64,000 nt of DNA from Naegleria gruberi (Eukaryota). A program made the translations under genes and the position numbers. Shown in pieces: positions 12,640-23,768 of this stretch; within the stretch, counting starts at the first letter, position 1, and each line of letters opens with the position of its first letter. The DNA lies in NCBI GenBank assembly GCA_000004985.1, contig GG738924.1; one strand, written 5' to 3'. A model generated the notes under the pieces. It saw only the letters and a list, made by a program, of their open reading frames with translations, was not told where the DNA came from and did not search any database.

Positions 12640-13602
12640 ATGATTCACAAGATTTCGTTACTTCTCTTGCTTGTTTCATGTTCTTGTTTAATGATGAGAA
12701 TTTCGGAGGCAAGTGGAATTGATTTTTCATCGGAAATTGTTTATTGGATTGGTGCTAATCCTCATGGTTATTGGCAAGATCCATCCAATTGGGAAAATCA
12801 TCAAATTCCAACAATGAATCAAACAGCAATTATTAAACATTCCAAATTGAGAATTTTACCTGATTTGGATGTTATTAAAGTGAAGCGAATAATTGTGGAA
12901 AGTAATATTGCCACAAATCAAAGCTTCAAACAAGATGAAAATTTAATACTCATTGAAAATCCAATTCTCATTTCGAATGGCATTGAAATTGGTGAATTTT
13001 CAAAAGTGATTTTCAATGAAAATGTTGCTTGTTTGGAAGATTTTAATTGTCAATTGAATGTGAGAGGAAAAGTTGAAGTTTTTGATGGTGGAAGGGTTGG
13101 TTATTGGAATGAGAAATGGAATGGGTTTCGAATGGAAACTTGTTTGAAGAATTCGCAAGCTTCGTTCAAGATTTCGAATAAGAAAATCATGTGGAATGAA
13201 ACGAAATCAATTGAGGAGTGGAAAGATTCTTTGGACGGAGAGTTTGGGGAACTTTTTGCTAATCATGAAATTTTACTGTTTGTTCCCTCGACTCGAAATG
13301 TTAATGAACAAATTTCGAATGAAGAATTGGAAACTCTATTAGAAAGGATAATTTCAGATATTTCTCATATTGTTGGAGGGGTTACTCTCCATCCGAATCA
13401 GAAAGGATATTGGTTGAGTGAACGAGAGGGACTTGTCAGCGAATTAGTTAACATTATTTCTGTAAGCGTTCCGGATAATTTGTTGGTCGAAACAAAACGA
13501 AAGGTCAAGGAAATTTCGTTGCAATTACTTGAAGAATTGAATCAAGAAGCAATATTTGTAAAGATTGACTCTAATTCCTTTCTGCTAACCAAGAATAAAT
13601 AA
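12640..13602 (+). CDS. Hypothetical secreted protein (N-terminal signal peptide)
   Basis: ATG at 12640 gives MIHKISLLLLLVSCSCLMMRISEA, a hydrophobic signal-like N-terminus, followed by about 300 aa with no recognised domain. TAA stop. Confidence 0.45.
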   Translation: MIHKISLLLLLVSCSCLMMRISEASGIDFSSEIVYWIGANPHGYWQDPSNWENHQIPTMNQTAIIKHSKLRILPDLDVIKVKRIIVESNIATNQSFKQDENLILIENPILISNGIEIGEFSKVIFNENVACLEDFNCQLNVRGKVEVFDGGRVGYWNEKWNGFRMETCLKNSQASFKISNKKIMWNETKSIEEWKDSLDGEFGELFANHEILLFVPSTRNVNEQISNEELETLLERIISDISHIVGGVTLHPNQKGYWLSEREGLVSELVNIISVSVPDNLLVETKRKVKEISLQLLEELNQEAIFVKIDSNSFLLTKNK

Positions 13603-13957
13603 CTTTCTCTACCGAATCTACTCATTTAATAATGGATGCATTTCGAATATAAAACTATTCGAATCTGGGTTACCAATATCACTTTAAATGAACCAATGGT
13701 GCTAGAAATAAGGTATGAGAACATGAATTTGAAAACTTGTCATGTGAAAAACCAAATTTTACCAAATTAGAAACTGAAAGTGGCCGAAACTTTTACAGAA
13801 CAAGGATTTTTATGGATTTGATGACACAATTAATCTCAATTTTTCAGGAGCATTGAAATGACAGGCAAACAAATTACTAAAAAGGCAAATTTTAAAAACC
13901 TGCCCAACAATAAAGTTATTCGAAACTATCTGAAAAATTGACCTAAAAAAACAAAAC

Positions 13958-16090
13958 ATGACTCACAAGAATAACTCTACCACCAACAATACCACAACGT
14001 CTTCATCCATTGACCAAAATGCTACCACTTTTCAATTTCAATTTGTCTTTGACAAGGTCATGCTCAACCAAAGAACATTGAAATTATTCAAAGAATTTCT
14101 AATGAAGAGTTTACATTCCCCAGAAGCTATCCTCTTCTATGAGAAAGTTCTCGAATTTAAATCATTCGAAGGACAAGCTCTGACTGAACATCAGACGAAA
14201 CTTGCTTAGAATATTGTGGAGAATGTTATTTTTGTTGGCTCCGCGCATGAAATTAACATTGGAAAAAGAGAGAGAAATCAGGTACTTGAGAGGGTGAAGA
14301 GATTATTAGGTAATAACCCACAAAGAAGTGAAGTTGAGTTGCAATATTTTTCGAATAGTAAGCAAACGCTCAATAAGAAAGAAACCGAAAGTGATGAACA
14401 ATCAGAAACTTCAACAAATAAGCAAAAGAGCTTTTCTTCGATGAATGAGACTTCTACCTTCATAATGGTCGATCCAATTAACATTTTTGATGAAGCATTA
14501 GTGACAGTTAAGAGACAACTCAAAGAAGACGTGTTTCCACTTTTTTTGAGAAGTGACAGATTTCTGACATTTTGTAAGAAGGCATCGAGAGAAACTCTGG
14601 GAGAGATTGGTTATGAGAGAAGACAGTGTCGTCAATCTGGCAACGTTTCTATTGAAGATTTTTGGAAATTTTACAGAGCTGATTGTGAATCTCTAAATGT
14701 CAATGGTCAAGATGTCAAATTTTTAAGCTCTTTATCAATAGATAGTTCTGATTGGACTCTATTAGAGCAAGAATACTTTAAAAAGAGTTGTTTTGCAACA
14801 TTTGTTTCATCTGAAACTCATTGCATGATTAGACCAGAAACTTCCGAATATAGAAATCCAAATTCACAACATATTTACAAATGTACAGGTGTCATTAATC
14901 ACTCAACTGAGAAAGTATTGAAAGCTCTGACAGATTCTCACTTTATGGCCACTTATGATAATAATTTAGCTGTTTGTGAATGCATTGATTTTGTAAATTC
15001 TCAAATTCAAAGCAATTCTCTTCCTGAATCATTATTCGAATTGGACGAAACTGTTCAATTCTCCTCCTCTATCATTCTACAAAATTATCCTTTCAACTGG
15101 CCACTTTCTGGAAGAGATTTCCTCACCAGTCAAACAGATGTCTATGAAAAATCCACTCAACGTTATTTCATTCTCATCAAATCTGTCAACCATCCACTTG
15201 CCAAACCAAAAGAAGGAAGTGTCAGATCTTATCTTGTCGGTGGTTGGATTATTCAACCAATTTCTGATGAATTCTCACGATATACTTTGGTCAATTATAT
15301 GGATGTGAATATGAGTGAAAAATTAGTTCAGCAATTTCAACTGAGGAGAGGAAAGAAATTATTCCATTCGTTGAATAAGATATTGAAAGAGATGGACAGG
15401 AGTTCAATGAATGAGGTGAATGATTCGTGTGGTTTATTGGAAACTTTGGACGAATTTTTGGATTTATACGAAATTAACATTGATGACCAATATAGGAAAG
15501 TGAAGAAACTAAACAAGATGGAAATGAAGGAACTTCTCACTCCAAGAAAAACTCACCTCGCAAGCACTTCTACCTCAAATCTCGACCACCTTTCGAATAA
15601 GATTATTCGATTGACCTACATTTCCAAATGTAAGAAAAATTTCAATTCTACAGAGCTTGACAAGATTGCAACCACTGCAACTCGATTCAATTCCAGTATC
15701 AACGTAACTGGTCTCCTTCTCTATTGTAAAGAAGGAATTTTCTATCAAGTATTAGAAGGTGAAAAAGAATTAGTTTCAAATCTATTCGAAAAGATTAAGA
15801 AAGATTCGAGACATTTCGATGTGAAATGTGTCAAAATGGAAACAGATTTATGTGATCGTGATAGACAATTCAAGGGATGGGCCATGAACACAGTTAACTT
15901 GGAAACGTCAGATCATTTCTTTGCTGATTTTATGAAAGAATTATTAGTGACAGTTTCAAAGATGGAGCTCAATAACATGACAGAAGATCAAGCTGTTGGG
16001 TTTATATTCAAGACATCGAGGCAGATGTTTGAGAAGAGTAGGGAGAGCGGATTTGTTTCGAGATTAGGTTCTTGTTTTTGTATGAAATAA
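13958..16090 (+). CDS. RGS domain - START-like lipid-binding domain - BLUF photosensor domain protein. ORFs 13958..14209 and 14216..16090 are in the same frame, interrupted only by an in-frame TAG at 14207..14209.
   Basis: RGS: FQFQFVFDKVMLNQRTLKLFKEFLMKSL...FDEALVTVKRQLKEDVFPLFLRSDRF, aligned by memory colinearly to RGS4 with the TAG at the RGS4 KKIY helix position. START-like: SGRDFLTSQ...ILIKSVNHPLAKPKEGSVRSYLVGGWIIQP...TLVNYMDVN. BLUF (about 15595..15900): IIRLTYIS...INVTGLLLYCKEGIFYQVLEGEKELVSNLFEKIKKDSRH...FKGWAMN, with the photoactive Tyr, Gln and Trp/Met positions conserved (AppA-like). Confidence 0.8.
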
Positions 16091-16472
16091 AGGTAAATAA
16101 AGTGGACGAAAGTAAACTAAAGTTGATTCTCAAAGTGTTATCTCTTTATGATCTAATAACGTATCAGTATTAGGAAGGTCCTATCTCCTGTAATAGAATG
16201 AAAACTATTTTGGCGCCTTTTCCTCCTTAATGTCATCTGACAAGTGTCAAAAAACCACCAGTAAATGTCTCAAAACGTAAAAAATCCAACCATCAACCAC
16301 CATCACCAAGTACATCTTAATTCCTCCTCCTCATAACAAATCCCATCTCACCTGCCAACCATCAAACCAACACTATTTTTTTTTCGCGCCATTTCCCTCT
16401 ATCCAATCTCTACAATTATTTTCAATTCAGCAACTCAAAAAAAAACTCGCGATTCCAAATTTCTTCGAAGAA

Positions 16473-19400
16473 ATGAGCAGCGTTGAATATCAGCACGGCA
16501 ATGAAGTGCTTTTCATAAAGAAGGGAAGTAGTGGCGAGTCAACCAACAACAATAATAACGCGATGACCACAGAAAGTAATGATCATAAGGCACAGGAATT
16601 GGCTCATCACGGCGATTCGAAGGATGAACATGTTGATAGTCAACATCATCACCCGAAAGGACCGTTTACATTAACGGCAGATGAATTGTCAGAGATGCAT
16701 CAGAATAAGGATTTGAAAGGGTTGCAAAAGATGGGTGGAATGTCTGGTTTGATGAGAGATTTGAAAACTGATGCAAAGAGGGGGATTGCCTGGAAGTCGA
16801 ATTATCAAAGTTATGATGAGAGGACGAATCTGTATGGTCTTAATGTGTATCCTGAACCGCCGGCTAAAGGTCTCTTCAAAATATTCTTTGAGGCTCTATC
16901 AGACGAAACTCACATTATTTTAATGATATTCGCCTTCATTTCGATGGTGTTGGGATTGGCATTTCCTGAATCTGAAGAGGAAAGACCAATTGGTTGGATT
17001 GATTCGTTTGCAATTTATATAGCTGTAGCTATTGTTTGTGTGGTTACAACCGCCAACGACTATTCGAAAGAGAAAAAGTTTAAAAACTTGTCAAGAGAAT
17101 CCAAAAAGGTAATGGTTAAGGTTATTAGAGATGGGGAAAATTTTAGCGTTCTCACTGATGATATCAGAGTTGGAGATATTGTTGAAATTGAACAAGGAGA
17201 TGGTATTCCAGCTGATGGGCTCTGTATTGAATCAAACCATTTGAAAACAGACGAATCTGTCATGACAGGAGAACCAGATTTGATTAAGAAGAATACAACA
17301 GAATTAATTTTCTTATTGAGTGGTTGTACAGTTGCTGAAGGTTCTGGAAAGATGCTTGTTACAGGTGTTGGTGTTGGAAGTGAATGGGGAAGAACCTTGC
17401 AAAGTTTGAAAGAAGCCAATGAAGAACAAAGAGAAACTCCTCTCGAAGCCAAATTAGATAAGCTCGCCATCAATATTGGTAAAGTTGGTACTGCATTTGC
17501 GATTGGTACTGTTACCATTTTGATTTTGGCCTTTTGGATTAAGAAATTGATGTACACTTCAACTTGGGTTGAGGCCTCATCAACATTTGAAGAAACTTGG
17601 CAAGAAAAGAATGTAGTTGATGTGGTCAAGTACTTTATTATTGCTTTGACTATTGTCGTCGTTGCTGTCCCTGAAGGTTTACCACTTGCTGTCACAATTG
17701 CTCTTGCTTACTCTGTTCGTAAAATGATGAAAGATCAGAATTTAGTTAGACACTTGGCAGCTTGTGAGACTATGGGTGGTGCTAACAATATTTGTTCTGA
17801 CAAGACTGGTACACTTACTTTGAATCAGATGAGAGTTACCCAAGCTTATTTTGGAGATCGATTCTTTGGTGAGCAATTGAGCTCAATACTGTTGACATTG
17901 AAATCACCACTGTTGCAAGTAATCATTGATGGTATTGTTGCCAATTCAAAGGCAAACTTGGTCAAGGGTGATGACAATAATAAGAATAAGGAGTATGCCA
18001 CTCAAGGAAGTAAGACTGAAGCTGCTCTTTTACTTTTACTTGTCAAACATTTGAATCAGACCATTGACAGTTACAAAGATAGAAGAAATGAATTGCTAAG
18101 TGAAGAAAGAGGCTCTCACCTCCAACTTCCATTCAATTCCAACTTGAAGCGTATGAGTACCATCGTTACAAACTCTGAGGGAGAAACCAGATATCGTCTC
18201 TTCACAAAGGGTGCTTCTGAAATTGTCCTCAAATTGTGCTCCTATCACATGGCTAGTGATGGTTCATTGAGAAAGATGGATTCTGAAAAGGAAGCTGAAA
18301 TGATGAAATGTATTGAAGATATGGCTAATCAAGGTTTGAGAACAATTTGCTTGGCCTACAGAGATGTCAATCCAGAAGTTGAATTCTCATCACGAGCTGA
18401 TGAAGAAAATTATTTAGAAAATATTGATCCAGTTACCTTGGAACAAGATTTAGTATGTATTGGTATTGTAGGCATTAAGGATCCATTGAGACCTGAAGTA
18501 CCAGCAGCTATTGAACAATGTAAGAAATCAGGTATCACTGTCCGTATGATTACAGGTGACAATATCTTGACAGCCAAGTATATTGCCAGAGAGTGTGGTA
18601 TCTTGTCGAAGGATGGTATTGCTATTGAAGGCCCAACATTCAGAAAGATGACTCCAGAGCAAATTGATGAGATTCTTCCAAAATTACAAGTTATGGCTCG
18701 TTCCTCACCAACTGACAAGTTTATTCTTGTAAAGCATTTGAGAAAGAAGGGTAACGTTGTTGCTGTGACTGGAGATGGTACCAATGATGCTCCAGCTCTT
18801 AAAGAAGCCGATGTTGGATTGAGTATGGGTCTTAGTGGAACCCAGGTTGCTAAGGAAGCTTCTGATATCATTATTTTGGACGATAACTTCTCATCCATTG
18901 TTAAGAGTGTGTTGTGGGGTCGTTCCATTTACGAGAATATCAGAAAGTTTTTAGTTTTCCAATTGACAGTCAACGTGGTTGCTTTGATTTTAACAATTGT
19001 TTCTGCTGTTTCGTCTGCTTTCCAACATAATTCTTCCTATAGGCCACCTTTGAGTCCTGTACAAATGTTGTGGATCAACTTGATCATGGACACGTTTGCA
19101 GCTCTCGCCCTTGCCACAGAACCTCCAATTCCAGAACTTTTAGACAGAAAACCTCACGGAAGAAAGGATTCCCTCATTACAATGAGAATGTGGACCTTCA
19201 TTGCTGCTGAATCAATCTTCCAGCTCACTGTCATGTTCACACTCTTCTATGGAGCAACCTCATTCAGAGGACTTTCATTCAGCTTAGCCAGAAATGATGC
19301 TGAAATGAGAACCATCATTTTTAATGCTTTCGTATTTTGTCAAGTTTTCAATCAATTCAACGCAAGAAAGATTAATTTTGAGTATGATATTTTCAGAGGA

Positions 19401-19724
19401 GTTTTCAAGAGTTTCTGGTTTATTGGTATCACCATAATGATTTTCATTTTACAAATTGCCATCATTAACTTTGCCTATTATGATCCAATTCTTATTGGTT
19501 TGGGTAAGAATGATGGTTTGACTGCCTCCAATTTTACCCAGACCATTCCATTGAATTGGTATCAATGGGCCATAACTATTTCCATTGGTTTCATCAGTAT
19601 TCCATATGGCTTTTTAGTGAGATTCGTCAGCAGAATGTTTTTGAAATTATTGAGCTTGAAGAAGAATAACAGACAAATTACCAGTGATGGCTACGAGGAA
19701 ACCTATTCCAAAGCAAGTGAATAA
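16473..19724 (+). CDS. Plasma-membrane-type Ca2+-transporting P-type ATPase (PMCA, P2B)
   Basis: Motifs CSDKTGTLT (phosphorylation site), TGDGTNDAPALKEADVGLSMG, PEGLPLAVT, 10 predicted TM segments and a PMCA-like N-terminal region. Single 1083-aa ORF. Confidence 0.9.
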   Translation: MSSVEYQHGNEVLFIKKGSSGESTNNNNNAMTTESNDHKAQELAHHGDSKDEHVDSQHHHPKGPFTLTADELSEMHQNKDLKGLQKMGGMSGLMRDLKTDAKRGIAWKSNYQSYDERTNLYGLNVYPEPPAKGLFKIFFEALSDETHIILMIFAFISMVLGLAFPESEEERPIGWIDSFAIYIAVAIVCVVTTANDYSKEKKFKNLSRESKKVMVKVIRDGENFSVLTDDIRVGDIVEIEQGDGIPADGLCIESNHLKTDESVMTGEPDLIKKNTTELIFLLSGCTVAEGSGKMLVTGVGVGSEWGRTLQSLKEANEEQRETPLEAKLDKLAINIGKVGTAFAIGTVTILILAFWIKKLMYTSTWVEASSTFEETWQEKNVVDVVKYFIIALTIVVVAVPEGLPLAVTIALAYSVRKMMKDQNLVRHLAACETMGGANNICSDKTGTLTLNQMRVTQAYFGDRFFGEQLSSILLTLKSPLLQVIIDGIVANSKANLVKGDDNNKNKEYATQGSKTEAALLLLLVKHLNQTIDSYKDRRNELLSEERGSHLQLPFNSNLKRMSTIVTNSEGETRYRLFTKGASEIVLKLCSYHMASDGSLRKMDSEKEAEMMKCIEDMANQGLRTICLAYRDVNPEVEFSSRADEENYLENIDPVTLEQDLVCIGIVGIKDPLRPEVPAAIEQCKKSGITVRMITGDNILTAKYIARECGILSKDGIAIEGPTFRKMTPEQIDEILPKLQVMARSSPTDKFILVKHLRKKGNVVAVTGDGTNDAPALKEADVGLSMGLSGTQVAKEASDIIILDDNFSSIVKSVLWGRSIYENIRKFLVFQLTVNVVALILTIVSAVSSAFQHNSSYRPPLSPVQMLWINLIMDTFAALALATEPPIPELLDRKPHGRKDSLITMRMWTFIAAESIFQLTVMFTLFYGATSFRGLSFSLARNDAEMRTIIFNAFVFCQVFNQFNARKINFEYDIFRGVFKSFWFIGITIMIFILQIAIINFAYYDPILIGLGKNDGLTASNFTQTIPLNWYQWAITISIGFISIPYGFLVRFVSRMFLKLLSLKKNNRQITSDGYEETYSKASE

Positions 19725-19850
19725 ATTGTATATTATAATATAAAATTAATATTTTGAAAAATTCTTATCAATTATTTACAGTAAACATTTCCCGCCCAAC
19801 AACAATTAAAAAATGAAAAAGCAAAGAAAAATTTCATCCATCAAAAAAAC

Positions 19851-20613
19851 ACGGGTGGCCGACGCATATCCCTTTTGGCCTGAAATCAGCACTGGGAAAA
19901 CGTGGGCCAAGTTGACTTCCAGAGAAATACATAGGTACATGATACCATATTTTCACAGTATGAGTTATCACGCTAAAAAATAATTTTGGAAAACTTTTAT
20001 TAATTTTTGTATTGTTTTTGACGAGTTATAAATAAATTCCCATTTTTAGAATTTTTTAAAATGGATTAATATGGTATTATCATAATGAATACAGAAATTC
20101 ATCAAATAATATGAATCAATAATATAAATTGTGTATTAATGTACTTAAATTTCAATTTTCATTAATTCATTCCAACAAATAAAAGACTAGTTATAAAATA
20201 ATAATAGGTGTCAATTGACAATCGCATTAATAGATCATACTTTATTTTAAATTGATGATATTTTAACATCACCTTATAGACATTGTATGTATAATATTTT
20301 ATCATTTTAGTTGGTTGATATCAGATTATCAACAAGATAGAGCTCAACAAAACATTTTTTCCAAAATATGTTAGTGTTTTCATAAGTAAATTAAAAAAAC
20401 TGACGACAAAAGTTGCTAAATAGTGTTTAGAGAATTTTCACGTATACGACCATGTATAACGTGTTGTAATAAAAAACTAGATAGGGAAAAACATTTAATT
20501 CTAAGCTAAAATTTGAAAATACTTTTATTAACCAATATTTTTCATGTTCTAAAAATAATCAGCTTGTTTGGCCTGAAGGAGACTTCTAAAAAAAATCGCT
20601 GGAGTCGGCCACC
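19851..20613. repeat. Pair of perfect 14-bp GC-rich inverted repeats about 750 bp apart in an AT-rich intergenic region: cacgggtggccgac at 19851..19864 and gtcggccacccgtg at 20600..20613.
   Basis: Exact reverse-complement match. Both copies are flanked by A-runs. A direct repeat tttggcctgaa lies just inside each copy. Confidence 0.5.
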
Positions 20614-20657
20614 CGTGCAAAAAAACAAAATAAAAATTTCAATATTATTCACTCACA

Positions 20658-22034
20658 TTAATACTCATCATCTTCTTGATTGGAAGAACTTTCATCATCA
20701 TTGTATCCGTACCGTTGATTCCATCGACTAGAATGAACATACTCCCTCTCTGTAGTTGTAATTTCAGGCTGAAATTCAGATAAATTTAAATAGCCTTCAT
20801 TCATCTTGGCTTGATTGTTGTTGGAGTGATGATGAGAAGCAGCAGCAACACCTCCTCCTTCTCCCATCTTGCTAGCTTTACAGATGGGACACGGATACTC
20901 CTTATTAAAGCCTTTCCATGCCTTTAAACAATCCGCATGAACATTTACTCCACAACAATGACAATATCCTGCCTCCTTCTGTTCATCAAGTTGAGAAAAT
21001 CCATCACAACAAATAGGACAATTGGAAGTGATGAAGGGATTTCTCTCCTCTTCTCCTTTTAGATGTTTGTAGGTGGCTATGGCTTGTGAATTTGCCATTG
21101 AATTATTAGCTGGAGCCTTCTTGAATATTTCCTCTAATTCTGATGGTAGCAAGGCATGTTGATAGATGAGATAGGAAGACTCTTCTATACGTAGTACCTT
21201 CAACAGAACGAATAACTTAATTTACACAACATAATAATAATAATTAACAATATATATTTACATCACGATTAACAACGAATAGATAATTAATTAGAGAGGA
21301 GAAAGTACTTACAACATGTTTACACAGATTACCATTCTCTGCATCAGGACAATTACACGAAGGTTCTTCACCAATAACAACATCATAGACATTACCTGTT
21401 GTTCCCATCACGACAAATGTCTGCTCATGAGCACTATTTACCTTTCTTTCTATGAGGAATAATCTACGTGATATGTGTTAAATAGTAGTATTTCATATCA
21501 TTATTGAATTAATTGTGAAATTATTGGAACAACCTACTTTTGAGTGAGAGCTCTTTCAATTCTTTCTTGAGTTTTAATTGGACAACTGGAAACAAATCTT
21601 CTCTTTCTATGTTCTTTAGATTTGTGAGAGCTAATGTGATGATGAGTGGTTGCTGCAACCTCAGCTGGTTCTTCCTTTTTTGAAATGGACAAGGAACTGA
21701 ATGAATGTGGATGCAACAAATCCTCCTCCAGAATATCATCACTCACCTTCTCCTTCTTTGGACTTTCTTCCTTCTTTAATTCGGAATCATTGTGTTTTCT
21801 CTTCTCTCCATGATGATCATGATGATGTTCCTCCACCAAATGATTGAATTCTTTAATCTTTTCAATTAATTCTTCCTTTCTCAAATGGGAACAACCATGA
21901 TAAATTCCCAAATCTTTCATGTGTTGTTTTAATTGGTCAACTGTGAGAGCCCACAAGTCCAAATCACTGTAGAATACTTTAAAACTGCCAGATGATGATG
22001 TAGCAGTAGAATGATGATGATCAGTTTGATGCAT
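20658..22034 (-). CDS. SWIM zinc-finger + RING-finger protein (ZSWIM2/MEX-like E3 ligase), possibly with an N-terminal SAP-like exon. Proposed exons are 21538..22034, 21313..21463 and 20658..21197. Introns: 21464..21537 (74 nt, GTAGGT...CGTAG) and 21198..21312 (115 nt, GTAAGT...TGAAG).
   Basis: Exon 3 encodes a RING-type motif CPICCDGF...CHCCGVNVHADCLKAWKGFNKEYPCPICK. The middle exon encodes a SWIM CxCxnCxH motif (SCNCPDAENGNLCKH) and splices in phase to exon 3 (KHV|VLRIEESSY). The upstream ORF with a SAP-like LTVDQLKQHMKDLGI joins in phase through the GTAGGT intron. Assignment of the first exon is the least certain part. Confidence 0.6.
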
Positions 22035-22236
22035 TCTTTTGAATTATTTGAATTAACTGTTTATTATCTTTCTTTAGTCCAATTATTTGAAGTTCAAAAA
22101 TGGAACCTTTTCATATTTGGTCAATTTGATTTGAACCAACTTTTTCTTGAGGACTTTAACAGAATTTAACTGTTGGTTAGTATTTAGTATTGGAACTGTG
22201 AATCATCATGATTGCCTTACAATGTCTAGAAATTGC

Positions 22237-23196
22237 TTATTTGAAAACTCTCACAACACCATATTGAGCATCACAAACAAATAATTCACCACTAATTGAA
22301 TTGAAACACATTCCACCAACATTGGCACCCTCCTTTCTATTCTCAAATGATTTGACAATGGCGCCACTCTCCACACTAATCATCAACAGACCATGTCCTT
22401 CCTTATTTAAGAGAATGTATTGATTCGTCTGGTCGAGAAGAAATGAAAAGGAAATGTCTTCATCTTGTGGATAAGAAAATAATCCTTCCTTTGCAATGGA
22501 TTTCACACATGACCATACACCACGTTCATTCTGAGAATAGATTTGAAACAAGTTGGTTGGGAAATTGTTTCGAATACCAACAATCATTGAACCATCTTTT
22601 GGATCAATAACTGGTTGGAAACATGAAATGACTGGAAGTACATCATCATCATCATCGTTCATCAACCCTGTCAGGCTATCTACTTTTCCAATGCAATTCT
22701 TTGGAGACCCACAAACGTAAATCTTATTTCCATCCTTTTCCTTAACAAGTGACATTCCCTTAAATTCACAACTTGCGTACAATCTCCACAAACAATCAGC
22801 ATATTGATTGTACGTGGCTGCTTCAATGAGATTGGCAAGATCATATTTAATCATTTCATCATTGGAAGAGACAATTAGGGCATCCTTATTCGATTCGTAA
22901 TTCTCCTCAATGAGAATTCTCAAGATTGGAGAAATTGGAACTTTAATGGCAAGTTTAAAGGCCTTTGTGTGGATATCGAGGACATTGATAGAATTATTGT
23001 AAAAGTCAGCAATTAGGATACAGGAATGATTGTGAGATAGTTTAATATCAACTGGAAATCCTGGAACTTTCTTTCTGTATTGAGATTCGTCACTGATATC
23101 CGAAACTAATCCTCCTATTGTTTGAACACATTCGAGTTGGAGTTTTGTTCTTCTGTTGTGGTAGGTGCTACTATTACTGAAAGGACTTGGAGCCAT
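22237..23196 (-). CDS. NHL-repeat beta-propeller protein (hypothetical)
   Basis: Repeated NHL-like motifs, e.g. GELFVCDAQYGVVRVFK at the C-terminus and SMIVGIRNNFPTNLFQIY. ATG start. Confidence 0.5.
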   Translation of the reverse strand: MAPSPFSNSSTYHNRRTKLQLECVQTIGGLVSDISDESQYRKKVPGFPVDIKLSHNHSCILIADFYNNSINVLDIHTKAFKLAIKVPISPILRILIEENYESNKDALIVSSNDEMIKYDLANLIEAATYNQYADCLWRLYASCEFKGMSLVKEKDGNKIYVCGSPKNCIGKVDSLTGLMNDDDDDVLPVISCFQPVIDPKDGSMIVGIRNNFPTNLFQIYSQNERGVWSCVKSIAKEGLFSYPQDEDISFSFLLDQTNQYILLNKEGHGLLMISVESGAIVKSFENRKEGANVGGMCFNSISGELFVCDAQYGVVRVFK

Positions 23197-23768
23197 TTTG
23201 TTTTCAATGAAATAATAACTTTCGAATGGTGATTGAATTATACGAAAACAATGCTAACAACTTTCTAATAAACACAAAGTAGTGTTATCTCCAATAAGAG
23301 ATGTCTGTTTAAATCACCAGAATAGACAGTCAACCCTACCAAATGACATTTCGTGACATTAGTAAATTCAAACAAGGGAGAATAAACTTGAAATGATTTT
23401 TCAAAATTGTATTTAAAGATTTTGGAAAGAAAAAATTTCGTTTAAGGATTTTTTTGTATACGAATCTCTCAGTTGGATTTTTAATTAAATTGATAATATG
23501 GTATAGATTCTTATTTTTCAAAATGACAGACGTCAAACTAAACCTTTCGTTTCAATAGCCCATTATCTTTTCTTATTACAATTTCACTTTACAGTTGTAT
23601 TATTGAAAATGTCAAATGACAATTTTTTTAACAAACTTTACAAACACTCTTAAACTGGAAACTTGAACAAAATCACCAATCGTTTTTACTAAGTGATTTT
23701 CCCAGATCAAAAGGATTCTCTCTAGTATTACCTGTCAAGTGACATTCAACTGTCATTGTTAAAAAAAA

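Noticed and set aside
17060-18928. Minus-strand ORFs of 211 aa and 172 aa inside the PMCA gene
   Set aside because: They are antisense to a strongly conserved P-type ATPase coding region, with no independent evidence. They are spurious.
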